Of a stretch of DNA of 64,000 nucleotides, positions 13,763-26,404 are shown in pieces; position 1 is the first letter of the stretch; every line of letters begins with the position of its first letter. Source of the stretch: the human T2T-CHM13v2.0 reference genome, Homo sapiens; assembly GCF_009914755.1 (NCBI RefSeq), contig NC_060945.1. The stretch is one strand, 5' to 3'. Position numbers and translations under genes: made by a program. The notes under the pieces were generated by a model, which had not been told where the DNA came from, did no database searches, and was given only the letters and a program-made list of their open reading frames with translations.

Positions 13763-14066
13763 GTTTTTAATTTTATTATTTTTTTGAGACAGGGTCTCAC
13801 CCTGTTGCCCAGGCTGGAGTGCAGTGGTGAAATCATGGCTCACTGCAGCCTCAACCTCCCAGGATCAGGTGATCCTCCACCTTAGTCTCCCAAGTAGCCA
13901 GGACTATGAGCACGTGCTACCACACACAGCTAGCTTTTTTATTTTTAGTAGAGATGGGGTTTTGCCATTTTGCCCAGGCTGGAGTTGAACTCCTGGGCTC
14001 AACTGATCCACCCACCTTGGCTTCCCAAAGGGCTGGAATTACAGACATGAGCTGCTGCACACAGCC
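13763..14066 (-). mobile_element. AluJ SINE
   Basis: Diverged dimer (gagacagggtctcac, aactcctgggctcaa). Confidence 0.9.
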
Positions 14067-15231
14067 ACATGTCATTTTTAAATAGCAGTCATTCATTTAA
14101 TTAGCATGACAACCAAAAGACATCAAAAGCAACATAGAAGGTTACATGGATGTGAAAACTGAAAACCCTCAGTTTTCCCAAGTAATTAAAAAAAAATAAA
14201 GGCAACACATGGATTATCTTGATAAAACCTAAAATCTTCATTACAGGCCAGTCATTTAAAGGGTAAAACTCCTGTGGCATAACTGTGTCTTCTTATGGGA
14301 AGCTAATTTAAATCACTTGGAAGTCAATTCCGATGACATAGAGACTTTAATTTAATTAGACATAGAAAGAGTGTGTCCAGGGTCATGAGTGAGCATAATA
14401 TTACAAAGGAATGTAAACAGGAAAACCAGAGCATAGAGCAGTGGGGATCCATAGCTCACAATGATAGCATGGAAGTTTCCTGGTTACATGAAGTAATTAA
14501 GACATATTTAAAAGCCAAGAGTACAAAATCAGACCTGATGAAAAAGCTGAAGGAGTTATCATCCCAGCCAAGCAGGAAACCCAAGCCTTTTATTCCTTCT
14601 CAAGAAGGAACAGGAGCCAGTGATGTGATCTGTGAGTCATGTGTAACATGAAAGTACAGGAGAAGTTGAACTTCTGATATACAAATCTGAAAAGTTTTTA
14701 TAGTAATAGATTTCAGGATTAAAAGTCAATATTTATTACCTCTTCTTATGAGCAAATAAATACATTAAGAAAACCTTGTTGTTTTAACCAAAATTTTTAG
14801 TATTTTATCACTCTTTTTAATATTACAGCTAATTTAAATAAACTTTATAAACAATCTATCTGATCTCAATCAGTTTTGACCTCGATGTAAGTTTTACATA
14901 AACTTTTAATAACCTTGTATAATTTTTTCATCTTTCCCAACTTTTTATACACATTTAGTTTTATCTATCTTTTTTATTCCTTCAATTTAAAATAATCCTT
15001 AAAAATCTCTAAGCGAATTTACTTTCTCTGAAACAAAAACCGGTATACGTTTTGCATACAGAATTGTTTCCCTTGTATCTAGTAGTCTTAATCACATATA
15101 TCTACCAAGATATTAACACTTAGTAACCCTTATTTTAATAAAAAACCTAGGAAGCAAGAAATCTTGAATTGTCATATAGCAGTATCTTACATATGAGAAT
15201 AATTTCATAATTTAGAATTATGTGTTCCTAA

Positions 15232-15528
<297 letters not shown>

Positions 15529-15614
15529 TAAAATGTAAGTTTTAAATTGGAAATAACCCAGATATTTAATGAGTATCTATTATTTAATTTAACATAACTA
15601 AAATTTCAAAAATA

Positions 15615-15885
15615 GGCTAGGCATGGTGGCTCACACCTGTAATCCCAACACTTTGGGAGGCCAAGGCAGGAGTATCGTGAGACCAGCCTGAGCAAAATAG
15701 CGAGACGCTGACTCTACAAAAAAAATAAAAGTTAGCTGACCATGGTGGTGTATGCCTGTAATTAACAGCTACTTGGGAGGCTGAGATGGGAGGATCCCTT
15801 GAGTGCAGGAGGTCAAGGTTGCAGTGAGCTGTGATCATGTCACTGCACTTCATCCTGGGTGACAGACAGAGACACTGTCTCAAAA
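15615..15885 (+). mobile_element. AluJ SINE with a left-arm deletion
   Basis: TSD AAAATTTCAAAAATA. Confidence 0.9.
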
Positions 15886-16362
15886 AAATTTCAAAAATAC
15901 ATTAAAATGTATTGTATAGACATTTATCCATTTACATTTACTTATTTTTGACAGTTTATCTAGAGTATTTGTGAGAACTGAGGTATTAGACAAAGCTAGT
16001 CATCATTTCTAGGTTATTTTATTGTTAACCATGTTATAGCCTGTGAATATCAGGTGTTCACATAAGTGAGGACTTCAAAGTTAAATACATGGGTATTTTA
16101 CCAATAACACAGAAAATTCCATTATTTTTGTTCAGCAAACCATATTAAATTGGTCTTATGTATTTAAAAAATCACATAAACAAATATTCTTTTTTTCCTG
16201 TGTTTACAGCTTTATAACCTTCATGCCAAACCCTAGCACCTTAAAATATCTAGCAAATGTAAATATAAAACACAAAAATGTTTGCTGACAATTCTGAAGA
16301 CATTTCTATTTTTATTTTATCAATACTTTTTAAATTATTTGTATTTATAAAAGAACTCTTTT

Positions 16363-16678
<316 letters not shown>

Positions 16679-16918
16679 GAATTGTTTCATTCTTTTGTTT
16701 TTCTTCAGCCAAGTAACCTTGAATTGGTAACACCACAGACAGTAAGTCTTATCTCAACACCAGTAGACAAATCAGCAGATTCAAAGTAGGCAGGGAAAAA
16801 AAAAGATAGGCAAAAGAACTGAGACTTTTTCATTTTAGGGTTTTTAAAAATAGTAACTATTTGAGTTCTGAATTTTCTTTCATGTAATTTGGCCGTCAGG
16901 TTTAAAGTGTGCACTAGA

Positions 16919-17213
16919 GGTCAGGTGCAGTGGCTCATTCATGTAATCCCAACACTACGGGAGGCTGAGGCAGGTGGATCACTTGAGGCCTGGAGTTTGA
17001 GACCAGCCTGGCCAACGTGACAAAACCCCATCTCTACTGAAAATACAAAAATTAACTGGGTGTGGTGGTGTGCACCTGTAGTCTCAGCTATTCAGGAGGC
17101 TGAGGAAGGATAATCGCTCAAACCTGGGAGGCGGAGGTTGCAGTGAGCCGCGATTGTACCACCATACTCCATCCTGGGCAACAGAGCAAGACTCTGTGTC
17201 AAAAAGAAAAAGA
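16919..17213 (+). mobile_element. AluS SINE
   Basis: Full dimer; tail grades into (TA)n. Confidence 0.92.
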
Positions 17214-17234
17214 ATATATATATATATATACACA

Positions 17235-17521
17235 GGCTGGGAACAGTGGCTCATGCCTGTAATCCCAGCAGTTTGGGAGGCCAAGGCAGGTGGATCACTT
17301 GAGATCAGGAGTTTGAGACCAGCCTGGCCAACATGGTGAAACCTCATCTCTACTAAAACCACAAAAATTATCCGGGTATGGTGGTGCACACCTGTAATCA
17401 CAGCTACTCAGGAGGCTGAGACAGGAGAATTGCTCGAACCTGGGAAGTGGAGGTTGCAGTGAGCCAAGAACACAACACTGTACTCCAGCGTGGGCAACAG
17501 AGTGAGACTCTGTCTCAAAAA
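17235..17521 (+). mobile_element. AluS SINE in tandem with the previous Alu
   Basis: Full dimer directly after (TA)n. Confidence 0.92.
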
Positions 17522-17523
17522 CA

Positions 17524-17531
17524 TGTGTGTA

Positions 17532-17562
<31 letters not shown>

Positions 17563-17577
17563 ATGTGTGTGTGTGTG
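17524..17577. repeat. Interrupted (TG)n microsatellite
   Basis: Read directly from the sequence. Confidence 0.95.
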
Positions 17578-18292
17578 GCTAGAATGGTCCATAATATATA
17601 GCCAGCTCCAGTCCCAGAAAACCTAGCAAGCTTCAGGTTAGAGCTTCTCATTTTGGCCTTTTCAAGATTAATTCTCCTTTAGTAAGCCCTTCCCCTCTAG
17701 GGAGGTACTTGCCGGAGCGCTGCCTGAAGTTGGTTTTCTGATGCCCTGTTGTTTCTGTTCTGAATGGTTTATTTCTCAGTATAAGAGCTCAGCAAAGCAG
17801 GCAGAGTTAAAAAGCAGAGACATGAAGGCTTTAAAATCATGGACTTCACTCCTACACTGAATCTCAGGTCCCCAGAAAGACAGAAACACCATGGGACCAC
17901 AGCAAAGGCAGAAGGAGGAATGAGAGAGGGAGGTGGACAGAACAACAAACAGGAGTTGGCTCTCAATTTTTCAAATGTGCCATTTTCTTTAGGTTTTTCT
18001 AGTTTATGGAGTCTCTTTGTTCCAGTTGAGCACACAGATAAACTAGAGATCTCACAAGGCTTTTGCTGAGAACATCAAAGCCTTTAACCTCTGTTGGGCC
18101 AAATATTTAGACCAAAAATACAGATAGACACACAAAAGCCAGAACCAGACCAGATTGAGTATCTCAGTGGCTACAGCCTTTATTCCCTTTATTCTTTAGG
18201 ATTCGAACTCAAACCAGATTCAGGATTCTAACCCAACCAGGACACCCCTGGGGTGAAACTGAAACCCCACAGTCTAGACAAGGTTGGGGGTC

Positions 18293-18593
<301 letters not shown>

Positions 18594-18709
18594 TGCTTGT
18601 TCTTTTCATTTCATCCTTATCTCCGAATACAGGAGAGTAGCTGATTTGGTGTTCACTAACAAGCACAGAAGCTTTGTTACATTTACAGTGTCATTCTTGG
18701 GAAAACCTG

Positions 18710-18929
18710 AAGTTTTGCCTCCCGGGTTCACACCATTCTCCTGCCTCAGCCTCCTGAGTAGCTGGGACTATAGGCGCCCGCCACCTCACCCAGCTAATTT
18801 TTTGTATTTTTAGTAGAGACGGGGTTTCACCGTGTTAGCCAGGATGGTCTCGATCTCCTGACCTTGTGATCCACCCACCTCGGCCTCCCAGAGTGCTGGG
18901 ATTACAGGCTTGAGACACCACGCCCAGCC
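18710..18929 (-). mobile_element. AluY-like SINE lacking its 3' end and tail
   Basis: Begins mid right arm (gcctcccgggttcacacc); 5' end intact at 18929. Confidence 0.9.
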
Positions 18930-18959
18930 AGAGGTTCTAATTTCAATGATGATTGTGCT

Positions 18960-19960
18960 TTTTATCTCTTCCTCAGCATCTGGTTCATGATAAAATTTCA
19001 GGCATCTTGATGGTATCTAAATCAATTGTTGATTCTGTCCTGGAGAAACACAAGCATAACCTCTATGCCAAGTTATAATTTTACCTATTTCCCAACTTTT
19101 TGTTATTGGATATCTCCACCAAACCAGTTGTTCTGCTTCTGTCTTTGCAGCTGGTTTCTGTAGATGCTGTTCAGCTGCTGATAACATCTGGCCTTTGGGC
19201 AGGCTTAAAAAATTGAAAGTTAATAATGCTAGATTCAATTGTATATGGGCTATCCCTTAATCCCTGTTTCTCCCCCTTTTTTGTTTTTATTATCAGTTGT
19301 TCATCTGTATGAAATCGTAACTGAGCATTTTCAATTAACTGTGTGGAATGAACCATGTATGAAGAATCAGAAATCACATTAATAGGCATATCAAAAGCAG
19401 TCAATACCTCAATTACAGCTACAAGCTCCACTTTTTGAGCTGAAGTATAGGGTGTCTGGAAAACTTTACCTTTTGATCCAGAATAAGAAGCTTTACCATT
19501 ACTATACCCATCTGTGAAACAATGAAAACACTTCGCAGGCTGCAGGTTGCTTGCTGCAGGAATTGTAAATGCAAACTGTTCACAGTCTTGCTCAGCTAAA
19601 AGGGTAGTAAAGAAACAGTCTTTTAAATCTGTGACTATTAAAGGCCAATTTTTTGGAATTATAGTAGGAGAAGGCAATCCTGGCTGTTATGTTTCCATAG
19701 GTTGCATAACTGAATTGATGGCTCTTAAGTCAGTTAACATTCTCCATTTACCTGATTTTTTCTTAATTATGAAAACTGGAGAATTCCAAGGGGAAAATGT
19801 TGGAGCTATGTGCCCATTTTCTAATTGTTCAGTAACTATTTTCTCTAAAGCTTCCAGTTTCTCTTTGCTTAGCAGCCATTATTCTATCCAAATTGGCTTA
19901 TCTGTTAACCATTTTAAAGGTATAGGTTCTGGAGGCTTAACAATGGCCACCATCAAAAAT
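18960..19960 (-). pseudogene. pol: HML-3 pol remnant (RT N-terminus, RNase H, IN C-terminus) with two large deletions
   Basis: [15 protein letters not shown]; DLKDCFF; FTDG...SAQKVEL...SDS; NLALLTFNFL...ITWHRGYACVSPG. Confidence 0.88.
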
Positions 19961-20840
19961 GATATCCTAATCTTTGGCAAGAACTTTGTCTTTCCGTTTG
20001 AAGCAGTTCTTTCAAACCTTGCAAATTTTTTTTCTACTCCCATTCCACGGACATGCCCCATTTCGTGCATCATATGCTGACTTTGAGGGCTGTGTAATTG
20101 TTATGGAATTAGAACTTGTGCTCCCCATTGTCATAATAAATCTCTCCCCCATAAATTTATAGGTACAGAAGTTGTAATTGGTTGAACAGTCCCAGGTTGT
20201 CCATCGGGCCCTTCACAATGCAAAATATAGCTACTTTGATACACTTCTGGGGCTTTAGCAGTTTCCACTGTGTTAAATTGAGTGGGCTGAATTGGCCACG
20301 TGGACGGCCAGTGCTGTAGAGAAATGATTGAAATGTCCGCTCCTACCAAAAAAAAAAAATATTATCTACCAAACCTTTAAAGTTCTTTCCCTGGATAGTT
20401 ATTTCACAGGTAGGATGTTTATCAGTAATTTGATTTACCCAATAAGCTGCCTTGCCTTTTTTATTTGTGCTTCCAAATCCTCCAGTTCATTTAATTTCAC
20501 TTTTTCCCATTCCCACATACGGCACACTCAGGAGCTGTGCTATGCGCACTTCTGGCTGTGCTTTCCAGGGAACAGAAGTAGATATCACAATTTGAATTTC
20601 CTCATTGTAATCTGAATTATTGACTCCAGTGTGTATTTGTACCCCTTTTAAACTTAAACTAGACCTTCTGAAAAGTAATCCCATTGTCCCTGTTGGCAAC
20701 GGTCCACAGACTCCTGTTGGGACCTTTTGCGGGGGTTCCCCAGGCAGAAGGCTCACAGCTTTTGTGCAGCATAAATCTACTGTGGCACTATGGCCTGTGG
20801 TGGGGGACAGATAATGTATGGAGGTGAGGGAATGGCCTGA
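19960..20840 (-). pseudogene. pro: HML-3 pro remnant (dUTPase-protease-G-patch)
   Basis: KVPTGVCGPLP...SSLSLKGVQIHTGV..SDY; GADISIIS...PINLWGRDLL; [12 protein letters not shown]. Confidence 0.88.
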
Positions 20841-22175
20841 GCTGGAAATGCCCTGGTTTAGAACAGGGCCTGGGATGGGCCCCTCAGGGAGTTTCCTGAA
20901 ATCGGATTCCCTTCTTTATCAAACCTAGAGTGACACTGATTAGCCCAAAGTTTTCCTTTTTTACATTTTGGACATATTTCAGGATCAGCAGTTTTCTTTT
21001 TTCCCCTATCTGGTGGCCTTACTCGCTGATTTTTTTTTCTACATTCTTTTTAGTATGACCATGCTTCCCACAGTTAAAACAAGCTCCAGGAAATGGAGTA
21101 TTTCCTTTATCCACTCTCAGTCCTGCCATCGCCTGTGCCAACAAAGTAGCTTTATGTAGATTACCTCTGATACTATCACAGGCCTTGATATAATCAACTA
21201 AATGTGCTTTCCCTCTGATAGGTCGCAGAGCAGCCTAGCAATAGTGATTAGCATTGTCAAAAGCTAATAACTGCAAAAGTATATCCTAAGCAGCCAAATC
21301 TGCAATCATCTTTTTAAGAGATTCCTGTAACCAAGCTACAAAATCCACGCATGTTTCTCTTGGTCCCTGTTTTATAGTACTAAAGGAAGGGTATTGTTCT
21401 CCACATGAAGTGATTTTTTCCAAGCTCTAATGCACACTCCTCTAAGCTGTTCTATGGCATCATCTTGCATGACCACTTGTGCATGTAAACCAGCCCAGCC
21501 ACCAACCCCCAAAAGTTGGTCTGCAGTTATATTAATCTGAGGTTGGGCCCAGGCATTGCGAGAAGCCTGAATGGAAGCTTCATCTGCCCACTAAGTTTTA
21601 AATCGTAAGAACTGAGCAGGAATTAGACAAGCTCGAGTAATAGTGTCCCAGTCAGTAGGAATCATCTGACTGGAAACAGCAACATTCTTTAACGGTCCCA
21701 TTTCAAAAGGAGAACCTGGTCCATACTGATTTATAGCGTGTTTAAATTTTTTGAGTAATTTAAAAGGAAAAGGCTCAAATGTAGCTATAATATTTCCCTG
21801 TTGATCTGCGGGGTGTATTCAAACAGGGAACTGCCAAGCCTCTAAATCCCACTTTTGTCTAGCTTGCTGAATTCCTGCCTGAATAGAACTAAGAGCAGTC
21901 GCTCAAGGCGCTGCTCGAACAGTCACCAGGGCAACTACTTTTCACCCAGTGTCCTCCAGAAAAGAAAGATCTGGAGGGTCGTTTTCTTCAAAATAATAAT
22001 GAGGGGGTGCAGAAGGGTAGGGATGAACCTCTCCTTCCTTTTCTGCTTTAGATTTAGGTGGCAAATAAACCTGGTCTGTAACCTCTACTGTTACTTTGTT
22101 ATACTCTCCTTCCTCCTCATCATCAGTGTGAAAAAGTTCCAAGGTAGAACGAACCACAGCCCACACTTGTCCCAT
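20800..22175 (-). pseudogene. gag: HML-3 gag remnant
   Basis: MGQVWAVVRSTLELFHTDDEEEG start; CA region; zinc knuckles CFNCGKHGH (~21050-21085) and CPKCKKG...CH (~20930-20975). Confidence 0.85.
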
Positions 22176-22306
22176 TGTTACCCTGAAGCTTCCGAGCTCC
22201 CCTTCTTACTCACCACAGGGATTGCTTTAAGAGTACTCAGGTGTCCTCCAGCTAGTTCCACATTCTCCAATCGTTGCTCCAGAGATCCTTTGACCTATAT
22301 TTGAGC

Positions 22307-22324
22307 CCCCATGAATTTGCACCA
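22307..22324 (-). promoter_or_regulatory. Degenerate primer-binding site of the HML-3 provirus
   Basis: TGGTGCAAATTCATGGGG, 2 nt downstream of the LTR end. Confidence 0.55.
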
Positions 22325-22326
22325 CT

Positions 22327-22839
22327 TGCTGAGACCAGGTCGGTCGGGGAGACCCTAACCCAGCAGCGCTAGAGGAATTAAAGATATATACACTGAAATA
22401 TAGAGGTGTGAAGTGGGAAATCAGGGGTCTCACAGCCTTCAGAGCTGAGAGCCCTGAACAGAGATTTACCCACGTATTTATTAACAGCAAGCCAGTCATT
22501 AGCATTGTTTCTATAGATATTAGATTAAGTAAAAGTATTCCTTATGGGAAACGAAGGGATGGGCTGAATTAAAGGAATAGGTTGGGCTAGTTAACTGCAG
22601 CAGAAGCATGTTCTTAAGGCACAGATCACTCATGCTATTGTTTGTGGCTTAAGAATGTTTTTAAGTGGTTTTTCACCCTGGACGGGCCAGGTATTCCTTG
22701 TCCTCATTCCAGTGAACCTACAACCTTACAGCGTGGGTGTTATGGCCATCATGAACATGTCACAGTGCTGCAGAGATTTTGTTTATGGCCAGTTTTGGGG
22801 CCAGTTTATGGCCGGATTTGAGGGGTCTTGTTCCCAACA
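22327..22839 (-). mobile_element. MER9 5' LTR of HERV-K(HML-3), complete
   Basis: TGTTGGGAACAAG...CTGGTCTCAGCA on the minus strand, 513 bp, contains AATAAA. Confidence 0.93.
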
Positions 22840-22959
22840 GTTCCTCAGGGTAAGGGTGCCCTAACGCCTGTGGGGACCTTCTTTGGTGGCTCCCCAGGAA
22901 GTAAGGAGATGGGAATTGTTCTGTAGAGGTCTACAGCAGCACTGCTTGCTGAGGCGGGG

Positions 22960-24515
22960 GACAATTGTTGTACATTTGTAAGGGCAGTGGCTGTGCTGGG
23001 TATGCCTCGGTTTGTTGAGGGGCTCAAGGTGGGTCCCTCTTCCTATTTCCTGAAAGAGGTTGCCCATCTTTGCTAAATTTAGAATGACATGGACTTGCCT
23101 AGTGATTGCCTTTCTTACACCAGGGACATACACTGGGACTTTTCTGTTGATTGATGGTAGTAGTTTTCGTCTTTTTAATTCCTTTCTACATTCCTTTCTT
23201 GTGTCCAATTTGCCCACAATTAAGGCAAGAGCCTGAGAAATGAAGCATATTTTTTCTTACTCTTAATCTAGTCATAGCCTGAGCTAAAAGAATAGCCTTA
23301 TGTAAGTTACCTCCAATGCCATCGCAGGCCTTAATATATTTAGTTAAATGAGCCTTCTCTCTCAGGGGTCTAATAGCAGTTTGACACTCTGCATTAGCAT
23401 TATTGTATGCAAGAAGCTGTATTACAACATCTTGAGCTGTTTTTATCATTTATGGCTTTATACACAGCCTCTTGGAGCTGAGCAATAAAATTAATATATG
23501 GTTGTTTAGGTCCTTGTCAGACAGAACTGAAATAAGGATACTTTTCCCCTGTAACATTTATCCTTTTCTATGCCTGTAAGCACATGAAGCACAGCTGAAC
23601 AATGGCAACATCTTCCATTACTGCTTGATTCTCTAATCAACCCCGGTTAGGGCCAACTCATATTAACTGATCAAAGAAAACAGGCACAGGTGGCTGCACT
23701 TCTGTGTTTTCATTTGCCTGAGTTTGAGCTTCATCAGCCTACCAAGTTTTAAACTGCAAGTACTGAGATGGAGTGAGAACAGGTTTTGTCAAAGTATCCT
23801 AATTATATAGTAGTAATCTATTACCAAGAGCCATATTTTTTAATAAAGTTTGCACAAAAAGAGAGTTCAGTCCATATTGACTAATGGCTTGCTTAAATTC
23901 TTTAGTAACTTAAAAGAAAAAACAGCCTAATTAGCTATATTCTGTCCTACTTGCTGGATTATAGTAACGGGAAATTGCCATGCTTCAAGGTCTCCCTTGG
24001 CTTTAGCTTTTTGAATAGAATTTTGTCTAGCACCACCAATTGCTCCAGGTCTTAATGTTGCAACTACAGGAGCAGTAAGTTTTTCAGCTAATTTATTTTC
24101 TCACCCATTTAGGGGAGAGAGAGGAGGTGGCCATTCACCTAATTCAGCAGGTGGAGCAAATGGGCTAATAAAACATACTTTTTAAAGTCTTTCTTTTCTT
24201 TAATCTCCTCCGGTAGCTGTTCTTCACACTCAGAATTTGAAGTTAGTTTTTTACACTCATCCTCCTCTTCCTCATCTGAATCTGCCTCATCATCTATTTG
24301 AAATGGCTCAAAGTCTGCCTTTGTTAGTGTCCACACTGACCATACAGAAACTGGAATTTTTGCTCCATCTTTATATGCCTTTTAAAAATCTCTTCCAATT
24401 CTCTCCCGTTCATCTAACTTCATACTCCTTTGTTCTGGAAACCATGGGCAAAACTGTTTTACTGTACTAAAGAGTGATAACAAATTCTAAGTACTAACTT
24501 TCACTCCCCATCTTT
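22960..24515 (-). pseudogene. gag: HML-1-like gag remnant
   Basis: Peptide fragments as above with many stops and frameshifts; N-terminus missing. Confidence 0.8.
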
Positions 24516-24592
24516 GTATGTCCTCGGGTGTCTTTTGATGATGTGTCCTCTGCTTTCACATGCTCTAGCCTTCCTTCATCAGGGTCTTTGTC

Positions 24593-24610
24593 ATCCCATG
24601 TTGGGCGCCA
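24593..24610 (-). promoter_or_regulatory. tRNA-Lys(CUU)-type primer-binding site
   Basis: TGGCGCCCAACATGGGAT versus the tRNA-Lys1,2 complement TGGCGCCCAACGTGGGGC. Confidence 0.85.
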
Positions 24611-24614
24611 AGAA

Positions 24615-24901
24615 TGCTGGGGTGATCAGACCCAAAACAAGGTCATGGGGGTGACAAAGTCCGGTGGAGTTAAAGGAATGAGAAAAAGACAGTTTGAGAG
24701 AGAAAGTGGGACCAGGGGACCATCACAAGTGTGGAGTCTGCAAAGTCCCCAAGCTCTGGGAGCCCACGCTATTTATTGGTGCTCAAACAAAGAAACAGGT
24801 GGTGAGGATGTGGGGGTTGAAAGGAAACGGAGTATCAAGTGAATGAGAAACATATGGCCCTGCCTCAGCTTCTCTTCCAACACTCAGCTTTTCTCCCAAC
24901 A
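24615..24901 (-). mobile_element. LTR14A-like 5' LTR with an internal U3 deletion
   Basis: TGTTGGGAGAAAAGCTGAGTG...GATCACCCCAGCA on the minus strand; AATAAA present; followed by the Lys PBS. Confidence 0.8.
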
Positions 24902-25683
24902 CATTCCCCTTAAGAACAGGAATAAAATAGGGATGCCTGTTCTCACCACTCCTGTTCAACAAGTCCTAGCCAGAGCAATCAGGCAAGAGAAAGAGATAAA
25001 ATGCATCCAAATAGGAAATGAAGTCAAATTATCTCTCTTCACTGATGATATGATTCTACACCTAGAAAACCCTAAAGACTGTGCCAAAAGGCTCCTAGAA
25101 CTGATAAAAAAACTTCAGCGAAGTTTCAGGATGAAAAAATCAACATAGAAAAAGAAGTAGCATTTCTGTACACCAAAAATGTTTAAACTGAGAGGTAAGT
25201 CAAGAGTGCAATCCTGTTTACAACAGCAACCCCCAAAATAAAATAAAAGAAGAATATGTCTAACCAAGGAGGTAAAGGATATCTAAAAGGAGAACTATAA
25301 AACACTGCAGAAAGAAATCATAGATGACAAAACAAATGGAAAACCATTCCATGCTCATGGATTAGAAAGAGCAATATTGTTAGAATGGCTATACTGCCAA
25401 AAGCAATCTACACATTCAACATTATTCCTATGAAACAACCAATGTCGTTTTTCACAGAATCAGAAAAAAACTATTCTAAATTTCGTATGGATTTTTAAAG
25501 AGCCCAGACAACCAAAGGAAACCTAAGCAAGAAGAACAAAGCTGGAGACATCACATTACTTGACTTCATACTATACCCTAAGGCCACAGTAGACAAAATA
25601 GCATGGTGGCGATATGAAAACAGACACAAAGACCAATGCAACAGAATAGAGAACCCCAAAATAAACATGCACCTACAGCCATC
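24902..25683 (+). mobile_element. L1 (L1PB/L1MA-like) ORF2 fragment, host of the HML-1 insertion
   Basis: Starts in the (A)FPLRTG motif immediately at the LTR edge; [28 protein letters not shown]. Confidence 0.88.
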
Positions 25684-25739
25684 AGCTTTCCCAGGATAAC
25701 ACAAATAGAGCCAAGTGGCACCTGCACATTACACTGTGG

Positions 25740-25960
25740 AAGAAAAACCCAAGCTCAAGAAAGCCAAACTTGTATTATGGGAAGTTGACTTGGCTGTACC
25801 CTTCCCAAGAGGGAGAAATTATCTGCATTATACTAGACAGTAAATAAAATTTTCCTTTGTTCCAGAAGGAGGTACTGGTTTTCTATTCCAAGGGTGTTTT
25901 CTATACAAACATGCTTGAAAATAATCATTTGGAACAAGAAAGTCATCGTCCACACTTGCA
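25740..25960 (-). mobile_element. Old ERV1 LTR fragment (MER34/MER31-like)
   Basis: tgttccagaaggagg...ttccaagggtgttttctatacaaacatgcttgaaa resembles recalled MER4-group LTRs. Confidence 0.35.
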
Positions 25961-26282
25961 AAATGTGTGGAAATTAAAGAGATCCAAAAACTGTTTCTCT
26001 ACCAATTTCTATGTTTTAAAAATCACATTTTCCCCATATAATAAGCTTTTAATATGTGATCATGTTCTGAAATTGTCTTAGCATGTACCTCCATATCTGA
26101 GTCCAGAAGGATACAATAAATTTAATTAAATTTAGTAACACTTCAAATAGTAGTGATTGTAATAGCAGAGCTAGTTTGTAGCATAAGGAAAAAATAATTA
26201 TATTATTAGGTGACACAAATAATGCTAGCCACCATTTCTAAGTGTCATGGTAAGTACAGTGATTATTTTCTTTTTTCTGAAT

Positions 26283-26404
26283 CTTTTTTATTGTATTTTA
26301 TTTTTTTTTCCCATAGGTTATTGTGGTATGGTGGTATTTGGTTCCATGAATAAGTTCTTTACTGGTTATTTGTGAGATTTGGGTGCACCCATCTCCCGAA
26401 CCGT
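26283..26404 (-). mobile_element. L1PB-like 3' end fragment
   Basis: T-rich tail then ataggttattg...ggtatttggtt..atgaataagttcttta...gtgcacccatc. Confidence 0.75.

Larger units (their letters stand above)
18930..22326 (-). mobile_element. HERV-K(HML-3)/HERVK9 internal region: gag-pro-deleted pol; env and 3' LTR absent
   Basis: Betaretroviral gag, dUTPase, protease, G-patch, RT, RNase H and IN remnants downstream of a MER9 LTR. Confidence 0.9.
22840..24614 (-). mobile_element. HERV-K(HML-1)/HERVK14-like internal region, 5' part (gag to the start of dUTPase)
   Basis: MA-like GVKVST...FCPWFPEQ; CA LAYNNANAECQTAIRPL; zinc knuckle CLNCGQIGH; dUTPase LLPGEPPKKVPTGV cut by MER9. Confidence 0.8.

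Noticed and set aside
18594-18665. 8-bp inverted repeat TGCTTGTT/AACAAGCA suggesting a small RNA stem
   Set aside because: There is no C box or H/ACA layout, and the repeat is short enough to be chance.
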